DNA from: Saccostrea echinata
Lineage: Eukaryota
Direction of reading: 5' to 3'
Length of the DNA: 64,000 bases
Assembly (NCBI RefSeq): GCF_033153115.1
Contig: NW_026889795.1
Span: 11,222,001-11,286,000 of the forward strand
How positions within the stretch are numbered: position 1 is the stretch's first letter; each line of letters begins with the position of its first letter. The position numbers were made by a program, and so were the translations under genes. Below, piece by piece: positions 24,244 through 38,100 of the stretch. The notes beneath the pieces were generated by a model. It was not told the origin of the DNA. It did no database searches and was given only the letters and a program-made list of their open reading frames with translations.

Positions 24244-26171
24244 TGAAACCCTAGCCTAGTTTAGCATGTTAAGTAGTTAGTTATTTAGTACAAGTTCATT
24301 ATTTGTGCTTTTCTAATGACAAAATGTGAATTTTGACAGAAAAACTTTCTTGTTGATGTACATATTGCAAAAGTATTGAAAGAATGTCTTTGCAACATGC
24401 AAAAGTAAGTAAATTTGATTTAAAGACTAGGTTTTGTATGTATTCGGAATATAACAAAATGAGCTCTGTGTAACTCTTAAGCTGACTATGCAAGAGGGAA
24501 TATGATTTGATAAATTTTTTATCACACATTATGCAACCTTTTTGTCAAAATCCTGGTGAGTTCCAAATAAGTTGCATGTGTATATTTATTCTTTTTCGCG
24601 AATTTTTCCCTCGCACTTTTGAAATTCAGACATGTGCGCGTGAATTTCTTTCATGCGCGTGATTTAATTCTCTCACGGTTGCTCCTCACAAAGGTGTCAT
24701 TGTCCACAAGGTATGACTTTTTACACTTGTCTTTTAAGACTGATATTGCTTGTCTGAAAGTATAGAAGTCATGTAGGATCCTAACTTCACGAGTTTTACT
24801 AGCCTGTATTGTTGCTTTGGGGCCCACATTAATGTAAATAAAAGGTTGAAAACAATTATAAAGAAAAGAGAAACAAACTCTTTATGCATACTGCTTTACT
24901 TCAAATCAAATTCCATTTTTAATTAATTTCCACAATTTCGATTAGAAAAAGTTTTGGATCCTCTTTTATCATAATCCAAAAAGCTATGCCCTATTGTTTT
25001 TCTGTGGTGTTAGATACCTCTTGTTTGAAATTTCCACTTGGTTTTTGTAATCTAAGATATTTGTAATGATGACACGATTCAGTATGTCTTGAAGTTCCAA
25101 TAAGATTTTTACTTGCTATGTGGGCAATAACATCCTGAAGAGTTTGAAGCCTTCAGCAGGGGTTGAAATTGGTAGCCAAAGTCTGGGGCTAATTGTTTTA
25201 AGACTTCAAGGGCTACCTAATTTAAATGTAACTATAGTCTGCCAGACTAGCAGACCAGAAAATATTCTTGTGACTTTATTTCTGTTTTCTATGTATGTAA
25301 ACTGGTTTCTTTTGACTGAAAACTAGTTAAATTTGTTTCTGTTACCGAAGCATTTGAAACTTTTACTTTTGTTGTGTTTTAATTTATTTTGCATTAAAAA
25401 ATTGTTGGGCTAATAAGTTTGAGGTTTGGGCTACACAGCAAAATGTGCCACGTACGTATCACATACGTTAAACGTATGTGATACATACGTGACTTTACGT
25501 ACGTATCACATGAAAAAAGCACCACGTACGTTAAACATACGTTTTCACACGTATGAATATCATGCGTGACACGTACGTTACACATACGTATTGACTACCA
25601 TACGTTACACACGTTGCACACATACGTTATTCATACGGTTCTTGTATGAATAACGTACGTGCAACGTGTGTGTAGCGTACGTTTTGAGAAACATGCGTTT
25701 AACATGATTTGTATACACTGCTCATATGATAAATGTTTAAGTACCATACATCTGTCAAACCATGGTTAAACATATGTTTTGAACATTCTTTTTCACACAT
25801 TGTAAACATATGTGAAACAAAAATAATGTGCAATTAAAATATTCATTTCATGCATTTGACATAATTTTCTTCAAGGGCTTATTTTCTTTTCATCTGTTGA
25901 ATGATCCACATTTTGAAGGTACATATCTGGATATCCTTTACCTCAAATTTCCTGATCCTAATTGCTCTTTAGGCAATCACAACAAAAGACATATTCATAT
26001 TTAAGCCAAATTTAATGTTGAGATTTTAACATCAATTCATTCTTCTGCAATTCCCTTTCATCTGTAAAGAAAAAGAAAATATTAAATGAATTTGCACAGT
26101 TTTTTTCTGAACATTATTATTTTCCACATATAACTCCACATATAACTCTTGGTCGATTCCCTTTAGAACTA

Positions 26172-26997
26172 AACAAGAACTGTCCAATTTGGATAAATAC
26201 CCCCCACTGAGTTTTTCAGAGAAGATGCCAAGTCACTAATACTAGTATTTGAGGATCTAAAAGGTATTCACAATTTGTTTAAACATTAAGAGTTTTCAAG
26301 TATTTCTCTGTTGGAAAGTATGGATGCATTATTTATCCATTTTTTCTACAGTACCTGACTATAGGTCAGGATCATGACACATGTACCCTCAGGTCATAAA
26401 CAATCTTTGTGTGAAGTGGATACTCCCAACATCCAAAATTATTCTCCATAGGAAAGATACAGACTGAACACGAATTATGAACTTTTTCTGTAAGTGACCT
26501 TGAACTTGTCCAAATGACCTTGGGTCAAGGTCATGACACACCATCAGGTCATAAACAATCTTTGTGTAAGATGGGAACTCTCCAAGTTTATCCATAAGAA
26601 AGATATGGACCAGACACGTATTATGATTTTTTTCTGTCAGTGACCTTGAACTTGCCCAAATGACCTTGGGTCAAGGTGATGACACACCCTCAGGCCATAA
26701 GCAATATTTGTGCAAAATGGGAGCTTGCCAAGTTTATCCATAAGAAATATATGGACTGGACACAAATTATGAACTTTTTCTTCCTGTGACCTTGAACTTG
26801 CCCAAATGACCTTGGCCATGGGTCAGGGTCATGACACACCCTCAGGTCATGAATAATCTTTGTGTGAAATAGTAGATTCTAATGTTCCTCCGTAAGAAAT
26901 ATATGGACCAGACATGTTTGCACAGACAGACAAACAGACAGATGAACAAGGTGATTCCTACATATTCCCCTAAACTTTATTTGCAGGGGGATAAATA
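26172..26997 (+). mobile_element. HINE-like element with 146-bp internal tandem repeats
   Basis: TGACCTTGAACTTG at 26495, 26641 and 26787; ACAG microsatellite and a terminal CCCCT..AGGGG hairpin. Confidence 0.65.
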
Positions 26998-27680
26998 TAG
27001 TGTCGAATAACTACTACCTTATAATTCTCTACATGACAAATTTAAAATAGAAGCATTGTGAGTGAACTCAGAAAACAAAACTTGTTCATCATAGTCATGA
27101 ACTTAGTTTGTTTGCTTTAAACTCCTGGCCAGGAGTATTATTTGGATTTTCAATGAATCATTGCATTTTCACTATATGATCAATAAAGCACTGAATTACT
27201 TACCCTGAGGCCATAAATTCCATAATTTTAGTAGAAGACTCAATGCTCATTACAATCATGCTAACAGTTTGCTTGATGTCCAGATTTAAAGATTAATGCA
27301 TTAATTTTGATGGTTTTATATAGCTCCATCCCCTAGGCCCCAGGGGGAGCAGGGACCATGAAATTTGCTATTTTTGTTCCCATTCACCCACATATGCAGC
27401 ATTTATTTATGCCAAAAGTGGTCAATATGAGTTCAACAGTTTTAGAGAAACTGAAAATGTTCAAATTTTACAAGACAATGCACAGTGAATGATGATGGAC
27501 AAAAACAGATAGCAATAAGTCATGACTGACTCAGGTTACTTTTAAATTAGTTTTAAAAAACATTTTTTTGTGATTATGTCAGCTCAGGTGAGCTAATATA
27601 AAATATTGCTTATCACTGATATAAATGACAACAGTTAAATTTTAGACATAACCATGTGTCTGACAATTCTATATAATAAT

Positions 27681-30318
27681 ACAAGAGGCCCACGGGCCTT
27701 ATAGGTCACCAGAGTATCGTGTAACAACTTTCCAACAATTGAATTTGGTTTGTATTTTGCACCAGAGGCCATGTAATTCACAATTTTGAAAGAGGCACTA
27801 TTGCTCATCATAACTATACAGTTAGCATGCTTACTTTGATTACTTAATATCCAGAGGCAGAGCAGAGGAAGAAGGAAGATCAGGATCAACAAAATAATTA
27901 GTCTAGTATTCACTATCAACTCAGAAATTGAGTTCTAATCTGTCCCCCACTTAACACTATCACCATGCAGCCTATTAACAAACTATTAGTACTTCTGTAC
28001 TATTTTTAAACCCATATTAAGATCTCTAGCATTGACCTCTCTTATGGTCTTTGAAGAACTTTTAATAAGATAAGTTATTTTTGTCTCATTTTTATCTATC
28101 TATTACTTACAGGTCTATCTGATTATTAAAACTAAGAAAGTACTTTTTTAATTATACGATAAACATTCTTGCATAATTATCTTATTCTATTAACCTTTCA
28201 AATACATTATTTACAGTGATTAATTATCAAAGGTAAATGGTAAAGGGGAATAACTTCTCTCAGTAGTATACAAATTAATAGAGCCCTGCCCAGGACCAGA
28301 ATGCTTAGACGAATGGTCCAGATGTTTAAAAATCTGGTAGAAATACGCTTACTCATATCATTTAAACTTTTACTCAGTTTGCTTCCGATATGCCCAGAAG
28401 CAGAGAAGAATTTCACAGGTACAATGCATTTTCACTACAGATTCAACAAAGCCTTACCCTAACACCAGAACCCAAGACCAAGGGTCAAGAAAATTACAAA
28501 TTTGGAAGAGTTACCCTCATCATCAATACTATGGACTTCAAAGAATTAACACTTTTCCACTATATTATCAAAAGCCCCCCCCCCCCTCGTTATGCCAGAA
28601 CCCCTGACCCTAGAACCACAAGATTTAAAAATTCTGTTCGAAGCTCCCATTTTCATCATAGCTAAGCAATTTATTTATCAGCTCGACACTAAGGAGCCGA
28701 CAGGATTAATTAATGATTAATTAATAGAATTAATGCTTTTTCACTATATAATCAATAGAGCCCCCCCCCCTCTCCTCAAGAACCCCAAAAAATGAGGCGA
28801 TATATTTAAAAATTTTGGAAGAGGAATCCGTGTCTATCATAATCATGCACTTAGTTTGTTTAAATAATCTCCAGAAGCAGAGAAGAAGATTTTCAAAGAA
28901 TCAATGCATTTTCACTATATAATCAATAGAGCACCGCCCTAACACCAGAACCCCTGACCCTGGGGCCATGAAATTCACAATTTTGGAAAAGGCATCCTTA
29001 TGCATCATAACCATGCACTTAGTTTGTTTAAATAATACCCAGGAGCAGAGAAGAAGATTTTCAAAGAATGAAAGCATTTTCACTATATAATCAATAGAGC
29101 CCCGCCCTAACACCAGAACCCCTGACCCTGGGGCCATGAAATTCACAATTTTGGAAAAGGCATCCTTATGCATCATAACCATGCACTTAGTTTGTTTAAA
29201 TAATACCCAGGAGCAGAGGAGAAGATTTTCAAAGAATTAATGCATTTTCACTATATAGTCAATAGAGCCCCGCCCTAACACCAGAACCCTGCCCCTGGGG
29301 CCATGAAATTCACAATTTTGGAAGAGGCACTCTTGCTCATCCTAACTATGTACTTAGTTACTGAATTTAATACCCAGGAGCAGAGAAGAAGATTTTTCAA
29401 AGAATCAATGCATTTTCACTATATAATCAATAGAGCCCCGCCCTAACACCAGAACCCCTGATCCAGGGGCCATGAAATTCACAATTTTGGAAGAGGCACT
29501 CTTGTTCATCCTAACTATGTTCTTAGTTACTGAATTTGATACCCAGGAGCAGAGAAGAAGATTTTCAATGAATAAATGCATTTTCACTATATAATCAATA
29601 GAGCCCCGCCCTTACACCAGAATCCCTGCCCCTGGGGCCATGAATTTCACAATTTTAGAAGAGGCACTCTTACTCATCATAACTATATACTTACTTAGTT
29701 TATTTAATACCCAGGAGCAGAGAAGAAGATTTTCAAAGAATTAATGCATTTTCACTATATAATCAATAGAGCCCCGCCCTAACACCAGAATCCCAGACCC
29801 TGGGGCCATGAATTTCACAATTTTAGAAGAGGGACTCTTACTCATCATAACTATATACTTAGTTAGTTTATTTAATACCCAGGAGCAGAGAAGAAGATTT
29901 TCAAAGAAATAATGCACTTTCACTATATGATCTATATAGCCCCGCCCTAGCACCAGAACCCCTGACCCTGGGGCCATGAATTTCACAATTTTGGTAGAGG
30001 ACTTAATGCTCATTACAATCATGCCAACAGTTTGACTGCTTGATGTCCAGGAGTAAAGAAGAAGATTTTTAAAGATTGCATTAATTTTGGTGGTTTTAGC
30101 CCCACCCCTCAGGCCCCAGGGGGGCAGGGACCATGAAATTCACAATTTTTGTTCCCCTTCACCCATAGATACTATATGCCAAATTTGGTTGAAATTGGTT
30201 GAGCGGTTCCAGAGAAGAAGCTATAAATGTTCAAAAGTTTGCGACCGACGAACGACGTACGACGACGGACGAAAACGGATAGCAATAGGTCACCTGAGTT
30301 TACTCAGGTGACCTAAAA
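27681..30318 (+). mobile_element. Non-autonomous Helitron/Helentron-derived element (HINE, CvA/pearl-like) carrying a satellite array
   Basis: Starts ACAAGAGGCCCACGGGCC and ends with a GACG microsatellite plus the hairpin AGGTCACCTGAGT-TT-ACTCAGGTGACCT and an A-run. Confidence 0.75.
28730..30075. repeat. 168-bp tandem satellite, ~8 units (oyster Cg170-like)
   Basis: AATGCATTTTCACTAT-type anchor at 28903, 29071, 29239, 29407, 29575, 29743 and 29911, with degenerate units upstream. Confidence 0.9.
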
Positions 30319-33300
30319 ACTTACCCTCAGCATAAATCTTTCAAAGTTTGGCATGGACCTATTTGTTTTTGTGTCTGTTCGAAGTATATACATGTACTTC
30401 TTGTCCTTGAGGTAAAAAAAAAATATGTTAAAAAAAACTGCATTTCAGACTTGTAAAGCAAAACAAACAAGATGAAAAATTACTTATTTTACTGATAACA
30501 TTTAACATTTTCTTCTCTTGATTGAAATGTATAATGCACATCATTACCATGATTATATGATATGTAATTGCAAGTCTAAAAGCAATGGGATCAGAAAATG
30601 ATTTCTTTCTTAAGAGTATTACCATAATGCTAGTAAAACTATCAGAATCTGTTTTGAAGTCCAGTCATGGCATTTAGGTGTTTACATAGGAGATGCATTT
30701 GAGCTTCAGCTACCATCCTGGAGTGTACATTTAAAATCACATAAAAAATCACAATCTCAAAATATATTATTAGTATTCATAAGGATGAAAAAGGCAAAGA
30801 CATCTGAAAAATAAGTGTTACACCCTATTATTGCCCTAAAAGATATTAATTTCCTCTACATGCTCTATGAAGAAATACATGGGGTGGATGAAACTTTTCA
30901 ATCAAGGGTTTTATTTGCATCTTATTGGTAGGCTAAAAAATATATTTACAGTGTTGATTCACTCCTGGGCTGTGGTGCTTTGTCAACATTTTCTTAATTA
31001 TTTGGTAAACTAAGTCTACATTGTTATACACTGAAATAAAAGAAACAAACCCATTAGTTTACATGCAACACAATCTGAAATATAAAGTAATTAAATAACT
31101 GTTGATGTTATGTATTCCTCACCGTTATAGGGCAGTGGTTCTGGAGAAGAAGTCGAAAATGTGAAAAGTTTACAGACAGACGGACAGCTAGACAGACAGA
31201 CTACAGACAAAATGTGATCAGAAAAGCTCGCTTAAGCTTTCAGCTCAGGTGAGCTAAAAACAGATAGCAACAGGTCATGACTGACTCAGGTTACCTAATT
31301 AGTTAAAACATTTTTTTTTTTTTGTGATTACATATAAGTCAGCTCAGGTGCAAATATTGCTTATCACAGATGTAAATACAACAGTAAAATTTTAGACATA
31401 ACCATATGTCTGACAATTAAATTCTATATAATACATGTAGATTTAATAATAGAACTTACCCTCAGCATAAATCTTTCATAGCTTGGCATGGACCTATATG
31501 TTTTTGTGTCTGTTCGAAGTGTATACTTTTTGTCCTTGAGGTAAAAAAAATTGCATTTCAGACTTGTAAAGCAAAACAAACAAGATGAAAAATTACTTAT
31601 TTTACTGATAACATTTAACATTTTCTCCTCTTGTGATTGAAATGTAATGCACATCATTACATGTTATCTGTAATTGCAATAAGAGTATTACCATAATGCT
31701 GGTTAAACTTTCAGAATCTGTTTTTGAAGTCCAGACTTGGCATTTAGGTGTTTACATAGGAGATGTCAGAGCTTCAGCCACCATCCTGGGGTGTACATTT
31801 AAAATCACATAAAAAAATCACAATCTCATTAAAATACATTATTTTTATTCATAAGGACTGTATGAAAAAGACATCTGAAAAATAAGTGTTACACCCTAAT
31901 TGCCCTAAAAGATAATTTATATTTCCTCTACATGTTTTGTAAAGAAATACATATGGGTGGGTGGAACTTTTTCCATCAAAGGTTTTATTTGCATCTTATT
32001 GATAGGCTAAAAATAATCAGTTACAATAAATATTTTTTATAGGCCTAACAGAATGTTTTAAACTTCACCTGAATTTTGATATAGTGTGCCAGTGTTGATT
32101 CACACCTGGGCTGGGGTGCTGACCAAGACAGCTGACTGCGTCAATATTTTCTTACCTAGTTTACATTACGTTATACACTAAAATAAAAGAAACACGTTCG
32201 TTAGTTTACATGCAACACAGTCTGAAATATAAAGTAATTAAATAACTGTTGATGTTGTATATTCCTCACCGTTATCCTAGCCTAACTCCAGACTGTAGTG
32301 CAGACGTCAGACTTCTTACCAGTGACGTCACCGGTAACGTAAATAATAATTGGAGGTGAAAATTCCGGAACGTATAATTTAAATATTTTATTGTTATACG
32401 GACGCTACCTACTGCATAATTATCTAATATATATTTATGTGAATTCCATTTGAGTTTGTTGTGAAATTATCGTGATTTTCTTTCTTTTTTTTTTTTTTAA
32501 TTCAGCTTTTGCTCCTGAATTCGGAATGATTATATCTACCGATGATCGAGTTCAATTTTATGTGCCTCTACCGATATCCGATATACATATTACGAGATTA
32601 GTGTACTTGTAGTTGTATGTAGACTATGTTTTTACTGCTCTAAGAGTAAACTATACACCAATGCGAACTGATTACTCCATGACAGACATGCAAGTGGACG
32701 TAAGGTAAACAATGTGAAATAAATTGGAACATTAAAGACGCAAAACACGCACAACAAGTCAACAACGCACACACCTGTGAGCTTTCAGAGGTGATTGGGT
32801 TTAACACTGTTTAATCATAGATCATGATATGATATTATTTTTTGAAAAAAAAAGTTGAATCTTTAAAACATATTACAGTATAATCATTAAAATCCAGACA
32901 ACTTATGATCTAGAGTCCCGTTTTAAGAGGGATTTTATACTTAGACCAAGTTGGTTGCAATACTCTGTTTCATGAATTACACATTTACAGGTTATTGATT
33001 GTTAACGAGGTTCGCTCCTGAGCTTTTGAGCAGATTTTTATCTTAACCTATATTTCAAAAATTCTGCATAATGTTTTAATTCTTACAATAAATTTGGATT
33101 CTACAATGCCAATTTAACTATATTCAGTTAAAACTCCATGATTAAATTCAATACCAAAAGCATTGAATGAGGAACTATATTTTGTGGCGGAAGGTTTTCT
33201 TTAGAAGAAAATGATCATTTTTTCTCTTTCGAAGTATTAAAAGTATGTTAAGTTTGGATTCCTATTTTTACATACAGTCTGCACATATAGTTATTTTGTG

Positions 33301-35152
33301 CAGTGGGTTGTTTTATACTGGTCCTAAATTATCTATTAAATAAACTGTCATGAATTCTATCATCATATTTGATAAATATAGCAAATACATTGTGAAAATG
33401 AAGGAAAAAAAAATAGCCCTAATTTAAGCTTAAAATTAGCACTATTTTGGGAATATCTAAAAATTAACATCACAGACCCCAACTTTTAATATTCTTTTAT
33501 GAATATATACTATATTTTAACCATTCTTCTTAAATTCAGTAAAATGTCATTACTTTTAAATGATTTTTTTGCTTGTTAAATTTTTAATGCCAGAAAAAAA
33601 TGAAAATGTTTGAGTGCAAAAAGGTCAAATAATTGAACATGCGGAGTAATTTGAAAATTTCTTCGTTGTCACAAATTTTAGTGTGTCTATTTAAGATGAA
33701 ATAAGACTGTTTTTGTTCCCATAATTTATTTGAACAAAAATATTGGAGGAAAAACTTTAAAAATAGATGTATGTGTAAGACGTATTTACAGTGCAAAAAG
33801 GTCAAACTAAATGCTCTGTAGTGCCAAAAGAAGCGCATTGACCCCCATTTTTTGTTTTGATTTTTAATAAAGCTATGTGTATAAATTCTAAAAATATACT
33901 TGGTAAAAAATTCTCATTACTTTTGATGGCAGGATCCAACCTCCTTAAACATTATCTTGATTAGTTCTCCAAATTCACTTTGAACTATTAAGTTAAAAAA
34001 AGTATTTGGTCTGAGTACTTTTGAACAAAAAGTTCCTGTGTATTTGAAAATGTCACCAATTTAAGAATATTATAATCCCAGCAACAATAAAACTTTTAGG
34101 GATTTTTTTCACTTACTGACTAAAATTCAATACTAATTTTCCTAATTAATTAAACGAAATTGAAATTAAAAAAAATAAAAAGGGATTGAATTTAATTATA
34201 GTTGACCTACATTTATTGTACATGTATCTAAAAGTACCATTAATATAGAAAATATACAGCCTTCTCAAACACAGCTAGTTTTTCACACACATGTAAAACA
34301 ATTTTTATTAACATACATGTAACGTAGCTGATAATATACTTGTCATTAATGTTCATGTAATATGTGGTTTATAATACATGTAAACCGTGCATATATTAAC
34401 GTATGTGTAACGTGTGGTTGATAATAAATGTAAACCATGTGTGTGAAATATGTGTAATGTATGGTTTATAATACACATATAAACCATGCGTTTATTAACG
34501 CATGTGTAACATATGGTTGACAATACATATGTAAACCACGCGTTCATTAACGTACGTTTAACGTGTGGTTGACAATACACATGTAAACCATGCATTTATA
34601 AACGTACGTGTAACGTATGGTAGCACATACCATATGTTACACGTACGTGAAACGTACGTAACACATACGTGTATTCCAACCGCACGTTTCACGTACGTTA
34701 TGTGAAACGTATGTTGTCACATGCATGTTATCCATACGTTGTACCACGTACGTGAAACGTGCGGTTGGAATACACATATGTGTTACGTATGTTTCACATA
34801 TGTGTAACATATGGTATGTGCTATCATACGTTACACGTACGTGGCACAATTAGCTGTGTAGTTAGTTTGAGCTTTGGGCTAGATATTTTTAATGATCAGT
34901 AACCGCTGTGCTAGTGAATTTTCCAGGAAAATATCAACCCTTACCTTCAGACAAAACACTTAAATTTTGAGAGTGGGCTAATAATTATTTGCAACCCTGA
35001 ATGACCCTGAGAGTAAAGCATATGGTATAAGAAGTTTCTTATCATTAACATTGTAAATGTATATTTAGTTATATACTGTTGAAGTGAACTGGGTGTTATA
35101 TGTATTGCATTCCTTATTTGTAGTTTTACAAAGATTATAAGCTGAAGTGAAG

Positions 35153-38100
35153 ATGATTGGGCAAGGTAAGTGATATTTAAAATCAAAGTACTCAGAAGTA
35201 TAGAGAGCAGAGCTCATTTACAGAATAGTGAACATTGAATTTATCACATGGATCGTTCTGGGGTCTTACACCATGTACATTGATGCAGCAAGGACAAACG
35301 TTTATGCTCAGATGAGTCCTCAGTGGGAAGTTCTGCATCAAAGTGTACCACAGGTCGCGTGCTCCCTGCATTAGTGTTATCCTGGTTATGCTACCTTTAT
35401 TTTTAGTATGTGCTACAGACACTGAGGGGGACCGGATGAAAACCTTTTGCATACATGCATCTTTTAAAACCATATTAATAAATCGTAGTACATCATGGCA
35501 CATGTGAGAAACCAAAGTACATTACCATTAATTTTGTTTGTTAAGAAAATTTATCAGTTTACTTTACTTTGTTTAATTTTAGTGTTGTATTGTCTCAAAA
35601 ACGTCTGAGCATATACATACTTTTTTTAAACTTGTAAATTTGATTTGGCAGTGAGGAAGCAGCATATCCAGTTGAACACCCTGACAAAAAGGCAATTATT
35701 GCTCTAAGAGTAGAGCAATGAGCCTGGCTCAAAATTACTGTTCTGCTGTTGCTTTATCAGAATAAGCTGTTGATTCCTTTTCAGCATTGTCTTTAGTCTG
35801 ATCAGCAGTGTATATCTTATGAATAATGGACATTTGCAATGTTTTGTTTTGATATACAGTTAAACTTCATTATTCTAGGGAAAATCGGGAAAATCCTCTA
35901 GATCATGTTCTTGTATAAGCTGAACTGTCGATTATGTAATAAAATGATCAGTACTTTATGCTAAAAGGTTTCTTTTTCTCTTTTAGATATACTTGAAAAG
36001 ATAAAAGAATTGTTTTATAAGGGTTTTAACTACCGTTTAATCCATTATTTGATCCAGAGAAACCATAACTGTGACATAAGATATTATAATACAAAATTTA
36101 AAAAAATATTTTTGGAAGTCTGGTTATGTATCATGACTTTTAATCAAATACATAAATTGTCATTCAATGATGATGCTTCTATGTGATTAAAATATTTTGC
36201 AGTTATAATTGCCTAACAAGGAAAGTTCTACCTAGACTTGGTTTGAAAAGGAGGCTTGCAGACATTGCTTTTGATGAAATATTTGATATTGCACAGGTAA
36301 TAATTTTATTTCTTAGAAAATTCATAAATATAAAGGTGCACGTGCATGTTAAATATTTCTGTTCTTTTAACTGTTATTAAGTACCCGGTAATTCTTCAAT
36401 GAAAGTTTAGAACACAATGATTAACTTATTTGTTGGATGTATATGTATGAAAGATGTGTGGAATTTGACATATTTTAGTGGAATTCATATCCCTGATGTC
36501 TTTTCAGCTCTAAATCATCACTGTTGCCAAAATTTAAAATTACATACATTACACATGTACATGTATTTAAGGAGAAAAAGTATACTATTAAATTCGGAAA
36601 ATTATGCTAAAACTTGCATATATTAATTAAAATACACATAAAATTGTATAGAGCAAACCTTATACATGAAATTTACAATATTCTGTAGAGAGAAATACTG
36701 AATGGATGTTCAGGTGCTGAAAGTCTAAGAAGAATTATAAAAATGAAACACCAGCTGAATATTACCAGGTAAGTATATAATCAAAGTCAGTCCATTCCTC
36801 CATCCATGATTAAATACATCCAAACATGCAAATATTTTGATGTTATACTTTCATGTAAATTAGTTGAATCTGATTCATTGAGAAACATTTGATAAAAACA
36901 CTATATTCCAATGACTGATTAAACCATGCCCATCCAATGCAACAGAATGTAGCAACAGTTAGCATTAAAAATGATGAGTCATGTTCCCAAAAATTGCTGA
37001 CTGCATGGAATCTATAAGCATGTATAATTATATTTCATGAACCATTCAGTAAAATACCCGGGTATAACAAATATTTTGGTCTTTCAGTTGAGAGTTGTAT
37101 TGAAAAATTTCACCCTTCAAAAAGCATTGTTAAGACTGGCTGAGCCTTGGTTGGTGGTGGTTCTCTTGGGCTCAAAAGTTATAATGTTTGCCCTCAAAAA
37201 TAGACAATAATTGTAAAATTTTAATACATTAAATGAAATAAATGTTTAATGATACAGGTCCATAGCAAGAGATATAGTTCGTCTTTTGGATGAAGATGGG
37301 ATAAAGAGAAGGAAGCAGAGAAGACTGAGAAGAAGGCAATACTTTAGTAAGGTATAGACCGAAGACTGAAAGAAAAATTATGAAACATTGATCATCTCAG
37401 TATTTATTAATGTATTAATTTCATAAATGTTACAAAATTCAGCACTTCAAAGCTTGAAAAATAATTCTGCAAGAAAAAAAGTGAAATATACCTTGTACAT
37501 GTACTGTACAGCAGGTTAAAATCGCAATTTTTTAAATTTGTAGTAAATCGGGGTTGTTTGAATTTGCAGAAAGGAAATGTTATTAATTCAGCACTGCAAG
37601 TATTTTCCTTGCGTATTATGTCATGTCGTTTCTGAACCCGATTAAATATAACGAAATATCAGATTAATACCAATTTGAAGTCAAAGCGTTGTCACGCATC
37701 CTGATGATTTTAATTTTTTCCCTTGTTTTTTTTCCTTTCCCTTCTATTGGTAGTTACGTTGAACTGTTAGTATAACTAAATAAATGTGTAACCTTTGTTT
37801 TTACTAGGTAAGTGCCTCGATTAAAGGTAATAAGAATAAGTAATAAGCACATGTAAAGGTTAACTCTGTGTGATTCGTGGATAATGACCTTGCACCTCTT
37901 TTGGGTGGCACTATTAAATATAAGTTATAGAATTATATTTATTAATTATTATTAATTAAATTAAGCTTCAAAATCACGAACAACTACATGTAAGTGATTA
38001 AATTGATCCATAAACCTTCATTATTAGCTAGACGGTCTACATCAGTTTCTCCGCTATATTAATTACTGCTTTTATGTTTGCAATGAAACACAGAGAGAAT

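Larger units (their letters stand above)
25434..34858. mobile_element. Nested non-autonomous CACTA/EnSpm-like element, 9.4 kb
   Basis: TIRs CACAGCAAAATGTGCCACGTACGT ... ACGTACGTGGCACAATTAGCTGTG with TA on both flanks. Dense ACGT/CATACGT subterminal microrepeats at ~25434-25720 and ~34300-34858. Absent from copy 1. No transposase recognised. Confidence 0.8.

Noticed and set aside
22639-24529. Identical short ORFs on both strands
   Set aside because: Chance ORFs mirrored by the palindrome; low complexity.
20750-25433. Palindrome as a pure fold-back read artefact
   Set aside because: The arms differ by substitutions even near the centre, and the break falls exactly at a transposon terminus. 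Not fully excludable without reads.
26389-26819. Regularly spaced repeats resembling a CRISPR array
   Set aside because: The whole 146-bp unit repeats with no unique spacers, and the context is eukaryotic.
28901-30022. Repetitive minus-strand ORFs (MAPGSGVLVLGRG..)
   Set aside because: By-product of a 168-bp (multiple of 3) satellite unit; not a gene.
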